NCBI GenBank assembly: GCA_964561085.1
Contig: CAZLNP010000003.1
Span: forward strand, 72,310-136,309
Reading direction: 5' to 3'
DNA: 64,000 nucleotides
Source: an uncultured Candidatus Saccharibacteria bacterium
GTDB taxonomy: Bacteria > Patescibacteriota > Doudnabacteria > UBA920
Position numbers and translations under genes: made by a program. Below the pieces are notes generated by a model. That model searched no databases. It was not told where the DNA came from and saw only the letters and a list, made by a program, of their open reading frames with translations. Shown one piece after another: positions 29,264 through 38,001 of this stretch (the stretch's first letter is position 1; each line of letters begins with the position of its first letter).

Positions 29264-29326
29264 AATCCAACGTTTTACGTCACGTAATTATGATATAATT
29301 TAGTAAAGGTTAATAAAGGCGCGCAA

Positions 29327-30349
29327 GTGCATAAAGCCATGCCCGAAACCAAAAGCCAAACAAAAACTACCAAAATCCAACGGACTGCGATTGAAAAAAA
29401 TATCCAGGACTTTTTGGAATACTGCGAAATTGAAAAGAATAAAAGCCTTTTAACTATTCGCAACTACGCCCACTATCTCGCCCGCTTTGCCGCCTTCACC
29501 CGCTCTCAAGGCGTTACTCGCCCAGAAGACATTGTACTAGATACCGTCAGAGCTTTTCGTCTATATTTAAACCGTTATGCCGACGAAAACACCGGCAAAG
29601 GATTAAAACCAGTCACCCAAAACTATCATGTGATTGCGGTGAGGGCCTTTCTAAAATATTTAGCACGCCGCGATATTAATTCCCTCTCTGCAGAAAAAAT
29701 AGAATTAGCGAAAAATCCAGCTCGCGAAGTAGAAATTATGGACAATGATGAAGTAGCGCGCATCAAAAAAGCAGTTGCTTCAGAAGACAATGAAGTAGCG
29801 CAGTTGCGAGACGCTGCTATCTTAGAACTTCTCTTCTCCAGCGGAGTTCGTATTTCTGAACTCGTGCAATTAAAACAGAGTCAGCTTAACTTTGAGCGCG
29901 GTGAATTTACTGTACGCGGCAAAGGTGATAAGCTTCGTTTGGTTTTTATGTCGGACGAGGCAGCGAAAATGATTAAGGCATACTTAAAAAAACGGGATGA
30001 TAACTCGCCAGCTCTGTTTGTTAGTCATAGTACTGTGGGCAACACTGTGACCAAGCAAATGGAATCAATTGGCAAAAAATCTGATCAACACAACGCTGCA
30101 GGCCTCACCGCTAGAAGCGTACAGCGTTTAGTAAAAAAGTACGCGGGCCTTGCTGGAATAATGCACAAGGTCACTCCCCACACCTTCCGTCACTCATTTG
30201 CAACAGACTTACTTCAAAATGGGGCAGACATTCGCAGCGTACAAACCCTATTAGGCCACGCCTCTATTACTACAACTCAAATCTACACCCACGTGACTAA
30301 CGATAGACTGCGTGAAGTGCATAAAAAATTCCATAATAATAAAGGTTAA
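29327..30349 (+). CDS. Tyrosine recombinase, XerC/XerD-like (phage-integrase family)
   Basis: N-terminal SAM-like core-binding domain; catalytic R...HxxR...Y (TPHTFRHSFATDLL...GHASITTTQIYTHV). Confidence 0.8.
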   Translation: MHKAMPETKSQTKTTKIQRTAIEKNIQDFLEYCEIEKNKSLLTIRNYAHYLARFAAFTRSQGVTRPEDIVLDTVRAFRLYLNRYADENTGKGLKPVTQNYHVIAVRAFLKYLARRDINSLSAEKIELAKNPAREVEIMDNDEVARIKKAVASEDNEVAQLRDAAILELLFSSGVRISELVQLKQSQLNFERGEFTVRGKGDKLRLVFMSDEAAKMIKAYLKKRDDNSPALFVSHSTVGNTVTKQMESIGKKSDQHNAAGLTARSVQRLVKKYAGLAGIMHKVTPHTFRHSFATDLLQNGADIRSVQTLLGHASITTTQIYTHVTNDRLREVHKKFHNNKG

Positions 30350-30450
30350 CTATCGATAAAATTTTGACCATACACTCCTTGACGGCTGGGTAGCTTAATA
30401 TATAATTAGGCTTTGTAATTGTTCGAAAATCATGCCTTGAGGAGGGCCCT

Positions 30451-31257
30451 ATGTTGAAAAAATTAGTTTGGAAGCTAATAGCGTTAATCGCTATAACTTT
30501 TTCCATTTACGCTGTCGTAGTTAGAGGTCAAACTCAGACTACTCCCCAGTTTCAGATAGATCAGTCGTCTCTACAAAAAGATGACTCGGAGAACAAAAAA
30601 CGACCTGTTAAGGTCAGAAACTACTCGTTTGGGCTAAGTAAGTATGAAAGTCCAAATGGTCAGGCCCTGATCGAGAGAGCATCGTTTGGAAACACGACGG
30701 TCATTACTACCGAGTTCGATACTAAAAAACTCGGCAAGTTTGAGGTTGAATTCACTGGAAACTTCACCGCTCCGGGTGACGGCGAGATTACAGAAATGTA
30801 TTCTAGCCTCGGGGTGAAGGCTACCAAGAAACAGAAAAACTTTGATCTAGCATTCTCTGCCCAATACTTTCGATCCCAGCGATTCTCTTTCGGAATAATG
30901 GGGATTGAGCTAAGTAAAGAGGTGGTGGTAAGAAAGTTCATCAAGCTGACCCCTTTCGGAAACATTAGTTACTACCTCCCGACGGAGTCGAGTAATAATC
31001 GAGTATCCCCTGGTTGGGTGTTACGCAAAGGCGTAAAGACTGATGTCGAACTCGAGGAAATAGTCTTTGAGTTCAATACTCAGATGATCTCTGACTCAGG
31101 GGCGTTGCATCCTGGAAAACGGTTCGGGTTCAATTTCGAAGGAAACTTCTTGTTCAAACTCCCCGGTTTCAAAGCCGGCCCGGTGTTGGGATACACAAGC
31201 TTCCTAAATGGAGAGAGAGGCGGGACTTACGGCTTTGCTCTACAATTTGGGAGATGA
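30451..31257 (+). CDS. Secreted hypothetical protein (signal peptide, beta-rich)
   Basis: N-terminal signal/TM segment; near-consensus promoter TTGACG-N16-TATAAT and GGAGG SD upstream. Confidence 0.45.
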   Translation: MLKKLVWKLIALIAITFSIYAVVVRGQTQTTPQFQIDQSSLQKDDSENKKRPVKVRNYSFGLSKYESPNGQALIERASFGNTTVITTEFDTKKLGKFEVEFTGNFTAPGDGEITEMYSSLGVKATKKQKNFDLAFSAQYFRSQRFSFGIMGIELSKEVVVRKFIKLTPFGNISYYLPTESSNNRVSPGWVLRKGVKTDVELEEIVFEFNTQMISDSGALHPGKRFGFNFEGNFLFKLPGFKAGPVLGYTSFLNGERGGTYGFALQFGR

Positions 31258-31282
31258 AATGAGTTGCGTCAAACTATACATC

Positions 31283-31313
31283 GGCGGCCAGAATTATCGG
31301 CCGCCTTTTTTTT
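31283..31313 (+). terminator. Rho-independent terminator
   Basis: GGCGGCC-gaattatc-GGCCGCC followed by T8. Confidence 0.7.
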
Positions 31314-31341
31314 ATGCCTTTTTTCTACTATAATAACCACT

Positions 31342-32415
31342 ATGACCCAAGAAAAAGGTAATGAATTCTGGAAAAAATTAGCTAAGCCTATTTTTGCGCT
31401 TGCACCAATGCACGACGTCACCGACGCCGCTTTTCGTAATATCATCGCTAAGTACGGCAAACCCGATGTGTTCTACACAGAATTTGTTTCTACCGAAGCT
31501 TTGATGTCTGAAAAAGGTCACGATAAAGTCATACACTACTTAAAATTTTCAGATGTTGAGCATCCAATCGTTGCCCAAGTGTTTGGGTGTAAACCAGAAA
31601 AATTTTACGAAACTACTAAGTTAGTTGCCAGTCAAGGTTTTGATGGAATTGATATTAACATGGGTTGTCCAGAAAAAAATGCCGTTAAGGGTGGTTCGTG
31701 CGCTGGCCTTTTCCACACTCCCGAAATTGCTCAGCAGCTAATACTAGCTTGTAAGCAGGGGGCAAAGGATTACGCAAAAGAACACGGCACTGAAGTAATT
31801 GATGTATCAATTAAAATCCGAATCGGTGACACAAAAGTTGATTGGGAAAATTGGCTCACCGCTCTACTAAAAGCTGAACCTGCAGCAATTGCAATTCACT
31901 TGCGCACAAGAAAAGAAATGTCTAAAGTGCCTGCACATTGGGAAGTTATGCCAGATATTATAAAGTTTATTAATGATCATACTACTCCAGAAAATCGCCC
32001 TGTGATTTTAGGCAATGGTGATGTACCAAATATAACCGAAGCTAAAAATCTTGTACGCGAAACTGGTTGTGACGGCGTGATGCTTGGTCGTGCTATTTTT
32101 GGCAACCCTTGGTTATTCACCAATGCTCATTCGGAAGAACCGTTCACTCCCCCAACTTTAGAAGAACGATTAAAAGTTTTACTTGAGCATACCAAGCTAT
32201 ACGAAAAGTATTTTGATGGCACAAAGCCATTTGATATTATGAAGCGCCACTTTAAAGCATATGTGGCTGGTTTTGATGGTGCCGCAGAACTTCGCGCGCA
32301 AATGTTTGAGACTAAGTCTGCATCAGATTTAGAATTAGTGATAACCAAATTTTTAGCTAAATCAAACCGAACGATTGGGATCTTGCCAAAAATCAAAAAA
32401 TTCCTTAGAATATAA
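31342..32415 (+). CDS. dus: tRNA-dihydrouridine synthase (DusB-like)
   Basis: LAPMHDVTDAAFRNI... FMN-binding TIM-barrel motifs; start at MTQEKG (the ORF-track extension would cross the terminator). Confidence 0.85.
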   Translation: MTQEKGNEFWKKLAKPIFALAPMHDVTDAAFRNIIAKYGKPDVFYTEFVSTEALMSEKGHDKVIHYLKFSDVEHPIVAQVFGCKPEKFYETTKLVASQGFDGIDINMGCPEKNAVKGGSCAGLFHTPEIAQQLILACKQGAKDYAKEHGTEVIDVSIKIRIGDTKVDWENWLTALLKAEPAAIAIHLRTRKEMSKVPAHWEVMPDIIKFINDHTTPENRPVILGNGDVPNITEAKNLVRETGCDGVMLGRAIFGNPWLFTNAHSEEPFTPPTLEERLKVLLEHTKLYEKYFDGTKPFDIMKRHFKAYVAGFDGAAELRAQMFETKSASDLELVITKFLAKSNRTIGILPKIKKFLRI

Positions 32416-32440
32416 AAGTTAATTTGCTAATTAACAGCAT

Positions 32441-32517
32441 GCACCCGTAGCTCAGCTGGATAGAGCGTTCGCTTGCGGAGCGAGAGGTCATAGGTTCAAA
32501 TCCTGTCGGGTGCACCA
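32441..32517 (+). tRNA. tRNA-Arg (anticodon read as GCG), CCA encoded
   Basis: Cloverleaf: acceptor GCACCCG/CGGGTGC, D-arm GCTCAGCTGGATAGAGC, anticodon loop TTGCGGA, T-loop GGTTCAAATCC; architecture close to bacterial tRNA-Arg. Confidence 0.65.
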
Positions 32518-32529
32518 GAAAACACTTAT

Positions 32530-32550
32530 ACGCCACATGGCGTTTTTTGT
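32530..32550 (+). terminator. Hairpin + T-run between the two tRNA genes
   Basis: ACGCCA-ca-TGGCGT followed by T6. Confidence 0.5.
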
Positions 32551-32566
32551 TATACTATATACATCA

Positions 32567-32643
32567 GGCTTCGTAGCTCAGTTGGATAGAGCAGGGGACT
32601 TCTAAGCCCAAGGTCACTGGTTCGATCCCAGTCGAAGCCACCA
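32567..32643 (+). tRNA. tRNA-Arg (anticodon TCT), CCA encoded
   Basis: Acceptor GGCTTCG/CGAAGCC, D-arm GCTCAGTTGGATAGAGC, anticodon loop CTTCTAA, T-arm ACTGG-TTCGATC-CCAGT; anticodon stem has mismatched terminal pairs. Confidence 0.65.
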
Positions 32644-32663
32644 TCAAAAAATAAAACAAAAAA

Positions 32664-34016
32664 ATGTTTAATCCCACTAATATTATATTTAGATCTAGAT
32701 GGTTTTTTATGCTGCTTATTGCAGTTATTTTTATTAGCGGTATTGCGCTGACTATATATGTTTATTCTTTTGTAAATCAAACTAACTTAGGAGCTCTATC
32801 CAGAGGAGCTCAAACTATCGCCTCTTCTATTGATGCAAGCGAAGTAGCGAATCTGAAAGGAACAGAGGAAGACTTAGAAAACCCGTCCTACTTAACTTTG
32901 AAGTCTAAGTTAAAAAAAATTCAGAGCGTAGAAAAAGATGTTCGCTTTGTGTACCTCACAGGCCAAACTGAAGCAGGTGGAATTTTCTTTTATGTTGACT
33001 CTGAGGACCCACTGTCAGCGGACTATTCCCCACCTGGCCAAACTTACGAAGAAGCTGATCAATCATTTGTAGATGCGTTCGCTACTGGAAAACCAAATAT
33101 CACTGGACCGACTTCGGATCGCTGGGGAACTTGGATAACTGCACTCGCACCCATTGTTGACCCTGAAACTAACAAGGTAGTTTCTACTGTTGGTGTCGAC
33201 ATAGATGCATCAGGTCATCAAAGGTATGTTTTAACAAACACGATGATCCCGGCTTTGATTACTTTGCTTTTACTCGCTCTAGCAATTATTGGACAACGAA
33301 TTAGTAGGCATGAGCAACAGATGGTGGAGTTAAAATCTGAATTTGTCTCTATCGCCTCTCATGAATTACGTTCACCGCTTAACGGTATTACTTGGGCGCT
33401 CGACAACATGAGTAAAGCCACAAATCTAACACCGCCCCAAACAAATATGATTGCAGAAATTAAAACCACTGCTAGTAATTTGATGGGTAACATAAACGAT
33501 ATCCTAAATGCTTCTTCCGTGACAGGCAATCGCCAAACAAAACTGATGCTTGAGGAAGTAGATATCGCGCGCCTATTAAAGATAGTGGCAGAACAACAAC
33601 TTCTCGCAGCAAAGGAACGTGGTGTTGAAATAGTTATAGAGAAGTTCCCTATTGGGAGCAATGCCATCAAAGCAGATAAAGAAAAACTGAAGCGTGTCTT
33701 TAGCAACATTCTTTCTAACTCAATTAAATATTCGAGCTCGGGCTCTTCAGTTGAAATAGCTTTTCAAAACGTCGGAGGTGCATATCAAATTAGTTTTACT
33801 GACCATGGCATAGGCATCCCTACAAAAGATCAAGCGAAAATTTTTGGTGGATACTACCGTGCTGCAAATGCTCAAAAATCTGGTGTCACAGGCACTGGAC
33901 TTGGCTTGTATTTTGCCCAAAAGATTGTGGAATTACACGGTGGTAAAATTTGGTTAAAATCTGACGAAGGGCAAGGTACTACAGTCTTTGTTCAACTGCC
34001 AATTCAGAAAAGTTAG
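32664..34016 (+). CDS. Sensor histidine kinase (orphan; no adjacent response regulator)
   Basis: N-terminal TM + periplasmic domain + second TM; H-box SIASHELRSPLN; HATPase N/G1/G2 boxes. Confidence 0.75.
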   Translation: MFNPTNIIFRSRWFFMLLIAVIFISGIALTIYVYSFVNQTNLGALSRGAQTIASSIDASEVANLKGTEEDLENPSYLTLKSKLKKIQSVEKDVRFVYLTGQTEAGGIFFYVDSEDPLSADYSPPGQTYEEADQSFVDAFATGKPNITGPTSDRWGTWITALAPIVDPETNKVVSTVGVDIDASGHQRYVLTNTMIPALITLLLLALAIIGQRISRHEQQMVELKSEFVSIASHELRSPLNGITWALDNMSKATNLTPPQTNMIAEIKTTASNLMGNINDILNASSVTGNRQTKLMLEEVDIARLLKIVAEQQLLAAKERGVEIVIEKFPIGSNAIKADKEKLKRVFSNILSNSIKYSSSGSSVEIAFQNVGGAYQISFTDHGIGIPTKDQAKIFGGYYRAANAQKSGVTGTGLGLYFAQKIVELHGGKIWLKSDEGQGTTVFVQLPIQKS

Positions 34017-34061
34017 TTAAAGCCTGCTAAAATCCTCATAATCTGCTAAGATACCTCATAT

Positions 34062-34751
34062 ATGGCAACTGAACGAGTTCAAAAATTTCTTAGTGAACAA
34101 GGCATAGCTTCTCGCCGAAAGGCCGAGGAGTTTATTAAGTCTGGCCAAGTTTCTATTAATGGCCGCAAAGCTAAACTTGGAGATAAAGTAGATCCGGAAA
34201 CTGATGAAGTGAAAGTTTATGGCAAAGTTGTTAAAACCGCTGGCCATAGAAAAATTTATATTGCCATGAACAAACCTAAAGGTGTTGTGGTAAGCAAATC
34301 TGATACACATGGTCGCAAAACTGTATTCTCCTTACTCCCTGAAGAACTTCGTACCAAAGTACATAATGTTGGTCGCCTAGATTTCGATACTGAGGGATTG
34401 CTTATCCTTACAAATGATGGCGACTTAACTCAACAGCTAGCCCACCCAAGTTATGAGCATGATAAAGAATATGAAGTTGTTCCTGATGCTGAACCTAAAC
34501 CTCAGCAACTTGAAAAGCTTCGCGATGGTGTAGAGCTACCAACTGGAATGACGAGACCTGCTGCAGTCAAACAACGTAGCGGCAAAGTTTACATTATTGT
34601 TCACGAAGGCAAGAAACGCCAAATCCGCCGAATGTTCACAGCGGTAGGATTAGGTGTTGTAAATTTAAAACGCATTCGTATTAATAAATTAAAGCTTCCA
34701 GAAATTCCAGCAGGAAGTTATATTGAAATCAAAAAATCAGATATTCTTTAG
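34062..34751 (+). CDS. rRNA pseudouridine synthase (RsuA/RluB family) with S4 domain
   Basis: S4 RNA-binding N-terminus; catalytic VGRLDFDTEGLLILTNDG. Confidence 0.8.
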   Translation: MATERVQKFLSEQGIASRRKAEEFIKSGQVSINGRKAKLGDKVDPETDEVKVYGKVVKTAGHRKIYIAMNKPKGVVVSKSDTHGRKTVFSLLPEELRTKVHNVGRLDFDTEGLLILTNDGDLTQQLAHPSYEHDKEYEVVPDAEPKPQQLEKLRDGVELPTGMTRPAAVKQRSGKVYIIVHEGKKRQIRRMFTAVGLGVVNLKRIRINKLKLPEIPAGSYIEIKKSDIL

Positions 34752-34773
34752 ATAAATTTGTTATCCTATTAAT

Positions 34774-35550
34774 ATGCTAAGGCCACCTAAAAATTCCGCG
34801 GCTAGGAAAAATTTTATAATTGCTTTTGTTGTACTACTTGTAGTTGGTGCAGCGTATTTGTATATGACGCGAGGAGAAACTGCTGAAGATAGATTAAATG
34901 CAAATTCTCAATCCAACTCTACACCTACTAACACTCAGACAAATTGGGACACCAAACCTACAAATGAGTCTACTACTAAAATCCCTTCAGAGCTTTTTCT
35001 GTCAGTTCCCTTCACCCCACAAGCACCGACAGCTAATTGGGATGAATTACACAATGAAGCCTGCGAAGAAGCTAGTGTAATTATGGCTAATGCTTATTTC
35101 AATGGCATTCATTCCCTACCCCCAGCAGTTGTAGAAAAGCAAATCGAACAGCTAACAAAATGGCAGCAAGATAACCTCGGATACTATTTAAGTATCAATA
35201 CCAAAGAAGTTACTGAGATGATTGAGGCTAACTACGACCTTAATGCAGAAATTGTTGATATTAGCGAAGACACCATTAAGAAAGCTCTATCTGAAAATAA
35301 ACTTGTAATTGTTCCTGCTAACGGGCAAATGCTAGGTAATCCTAACTTTAAGCAACCTGGTCCTATCTATCATATGTTTGTAATCACCGGTTACGATTCG
35401 GATAACTTTATTACTAACGATCCAGGGACACGAAACGGCTTAAACTATAAATACTCTTACTCAACAATTAGAGACGCAGCTGGAAATTGGGAACCAGGCC
35501 CCCACGAAGTTGACTTAAGCAATAAGAAAATTATCATCGTCTCCAAATAA
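34774..35550 (+). CDS. Membrane-anchored protein with C39-like (papain-fold) peptidase domain
   Basis: N-terminal TM; Cys in NEACEEASV and His in HMFVITGYD spaced as in Peptidase_C39_2. Confidence 0.4.
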   Translation: MLRPPKNSAARKNFIIAFVVLLVVGAAYLYMTRGETAEDRLNANSQSNSTPTNTQTNWDTKPTNESTTKIPSELFLSVPFTPQAPTANWDELHNEACEEASVIMANAYFNGIHSLPPAVVEKQIEQLTKWQQDNLGYYLSINTKEVTEMIEANYDLNAEIVDISEDTIKKALSENKLVIVPANGQMLGNPNFKQPGPIYHMFVITGYDSDNFITNDPGTRNGLNYKYSYSTIRDAAGNWEPGPHEVDLSNKKIIIVSK

Positions 35551-35568
35551 AAACCTAACTCGCCTACT

Positions 35569-37314
35569 ATGAAACTACTGTGGAATTATCTAAAAAATTA
35601 TAAAGGACTACTAGGTGGTGCTTTGGCTCTTGCGGCTATTAACCAAATATTCTCTTTATTAGATCCGCACATCTTCCGGATTATTATTGATAGATACGCG
35701 AACCGCTTTGCTGAATTAACAGCACGTGAATACGTTGAAGGAGTTATTCTATTGTTATTCGCGATTATGGGTGTTGCCCTAGTCTCCCGCATTGCGAAAA
35801 GCTTCCAAGACTATTACACCAACGTGATCACTCAACGTCTTGGTGCAAAAATGTACAACGATAGCATTACTCATTCTTTCTCTCTCCCCTACGCAGTCTT
35901 TGAAGATCAACGCTCTGGAGAATTTCTTTCTAAACTACAAGCGGCTCGTAACGATAGCCAAAAATTAGTACAACTTGCAATTAGCATTTTGTTCTTCACT
36001 TTAATAGGAATATTGTTCGTCTTAGTTTACGCCTTCATAGTTCATTGGAGCATTGGAGTTGTATTCGCATCTATGATTCCATTGATTGGAATTGTGACTT
36101 TTGTAATTACACGAAAGATTAAAGATTCTCAAACTGAAATCATTACTGAGACCCAAGCACTTGCTGGTAGCACAACAGAAACTTTGCGCAATGTTGAATT
36201 AGTTAAATCGCTTGGTTTGGAAAATCAAGAGATTAACCGCCTTAACGATACAAACGAAAGAATTTTAGAGCTCGAATTAAGGAAGGTTCGTTTAATTCGT
36301 ACATACAGCTTCATTCAAGGGACTTTCATAAACGGCATGCGCATGGCATTAATGCTACTCATGCTTTGGTTAATTTTCTCTCAAATAATTACTTTAGGGG
36401 AATTCTTTAGCTTACTGCTTTACTCTTTCTTTATTTTTGGGCCGTTAGCGATGCTTGGTGATGTTGCAACTAGCTATCAGGAAACTAAAGCGAGCTTAGA
36501 AAAACTCGAAGAAATCTTGAAACAAAATAAAGAAGAGTACGCGGAAAACCCTAGGCCAATAGAAAATATTAAGGTAGTGAAGTTTGAAGATGTATCTTTT
36601 GGATATCAAACTGGAAATACTGATGCACTACAAAACTTAACGCTAAATATTGAGGCAGGTAAAACCGTTGCTTTCGTGGGACCAAGCGGTAGTGGAAAAT
36701 CAACAACTGTTAAGTTAATTGTAGGACTATACAAGCCCACTAAAGGCCAGGTGAAGTTCAACGACATTTCTGTTGATGAAATCGATTTAGTCGCATTGCG
36801 TAACCGCGTTGGATTAGTGGCTCAAGAAACTCAACTTTTTGCAGGAACAATTCGAGAAAACTTATTGTTCGTTAATCCTAAAGCAACAGATTTAGATTGT
36901 ATAGAAGCTCTACGTGCTGCTAGCGCAGAAAGCTTAGTTGAGCGTGGTGACAAAGGTTTGGAAACTAAGATTGGAGAAGGTGGCTTAAAACTTTCTGGTG
37001 GTGAAAAGCAACGCCTAGCAATTGCTCGTGCTCTTCTACGAAATCCTGATATCCTAATTTTTGATGAAGCTACTTCTAGTCTTGACTCAATTACTGAAGA
37101 GCAGATTACTCACACTATCAAAGATATAGAAAAGAACCGTCCAGAACTGATTCGCATTCTAGTAGCTCATAGACTTTCTACTGTCATGCACGCCGATACT
37201 ATCTATGTTCTAGAAAAGGGAAAGCTGATCGAACAAGGTACTCACGAACAACTGTTAAAAGAAGGTGGTCTATACAACGCGCTATGGAGACAGCAAGTTG
37301 CTAGCGCTGAATAA
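35569..37314 (+). CDS. ABC exporter, fused permease/ATPase (MsbA-like)
   Basis: 6 TM N-terminal; Walker A GPSGSGKST, signature LSGGEKQRLAIARAL, Walker B ILIFDEATS. Confidence 0.85.
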   Translation: MKLLWNYLKNYKGLLGGALALAAINQIFSLLDPHIFRIIIDRYANRFAELTAREYVEGVILLLFAIMGVALVSRIAKSFQDYYTNVITQRLGAKMYNDSITHSFSLPYAVFEDQRSGEFLSKLQAARNDSQKLVQLAISILFFTLIGILFVLVYAFIVHWSIGVVFASMIPLIGIVTFVITRKIKDSQTEIITETQALAGSTTETLRNVELVKSLGLENQEINRLNDTNERILELELRKVRLIRTYSFIQGTFINGMRMALMLLMLWLIFSQIITLGEFFSLLLYSFFIFGPLAMLGDVATSYQETKASLEKLEEILKQNKEEYAENPRPIENIKVVKFEDVSFGYQTGNTDALQNLTLNIEAGKTVAFVGPSGSGKSTTVKLIVGLYKPTKGQVKFNDISVDEIDLVALRNRVGLVAQETQLFAGTIRENLLFVNPKATDLDCIEALRAASAESLVERGDKGLETKIGEGGLKLSGGEKQRLAIARALLRNPDILIFDEATSSLDSITEEQITHTIKDIEKNRPELIRILVAHRLSTVMHADTIYVLEKGKLIEQGTHEQLLKEGGLYNALWRQQVASAE

Positions 37315-37334
37315 ATTAAATTGCAAATAAAAAG

Positions 37335-37366
37335 CCCTGACAAAATGTCAGGGTTCTTTTATTTTT
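37335..37366. terminator. Bidirectional Rho-independent terminator between convergent genes
   Basis: CCCTGACA-aaa-TGTCAGGG flanked by A-run upstream and T-run downstream. Confidence 0.7.
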
Positions 37367-37868
37367 TCTGATCCTTCAAAGCCTGCAAATCTTCCATTAG
37401 TTTTTTCATATCGTCTTGAAGTGAATTCAAAGTTTTCATTGTAGCAGCATCATGTAGATCGTTCTCGTCTTCATCTTTTTCAATTTCATCCACGTCTTCT
37501 TGAATTTCATCAATATCTTTCTCAATACCTTCCACGTCTTCCTGAATTTCATCAATGTCTTTTTCAATACCTTCCACGTCTTCCGCAATTTCTTCGATAT
37601 CCTCTTCTACGTCTGCCAAACTCTTAGTGTTCTTGTTAACTGACATCTGAATGAACAAAGCCAGGTAAATAGCTTCCAAGGAAACAACAGTAGTTAGTGT
37701 AAGCAAAACTGTATCAAGTGGTACACCAAAAAGCACAAACGCAAAAGCAGCGATGAACACGATTGTGTGCACCACTATTGATGTTGTCGAACCAAGCCAA
37801 GAAGTAAACTTTTCTGCGATTACTTCTGCGACAGAGTTACTCTGAATTTTTTCGTGTTTCGGAGCCAT
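37359..37868 (-). CDS. DUF1003-like two-TM membrane protein with acidic repeat C-terminus
   Basis: N-terminus SVAEVIAEKFTSWLGSTTSIVVHTIVFIAAFAFVLFGV resembles DUF1003; C-terminal EDVEGIEKDIDEIQ x2 from 42-bp DNA tandem repeat. Confidence 0.5.
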   Translation of the reverse strand: MAPKHEKIQSNSVAEVIAEKFTSWLGSTTSIVVHTIVFIAAFAFVLFGVPLDTVLLTLTTVVSLEAIYLALFIQMSVNKNTKSLADVEEDIEEIAEDVEGIEKDIDEIQEDVEGIEKDIDEIQEDVDEIEKDEDENDLHDAATMKTLNSLQDDMKKLMEDLQALKDQKK

Positions 37869-38001
37869 GATGTGCCTTTCTTAGCTATTCAAAATTTAGG
37901 CAAACAAAAAATACTTTCCCCTGCCAATTAAAGTATTCGTTTTAATCTAAATTTATTATATCATTTTTTTGAATTTTGTCAATCTCTGATATAATATCTA
38001 T

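Noticed and set aside
29327-30349. Calling the tyrosine recombinase a prophage integrase
   Set aside because: Sequence has the XerC/XerD-type SAM-like N-domain and no flanking att repeats or phage genes in the window; left as XerC/D-like with the neighbourhood flagged.
31264-31341. N-terminal extension of dus ORF
   Set aside because: Would read through a strong intrinsic terminator (31283..31313); start moved to 31342, which has a TATAAT-like element just upstream.
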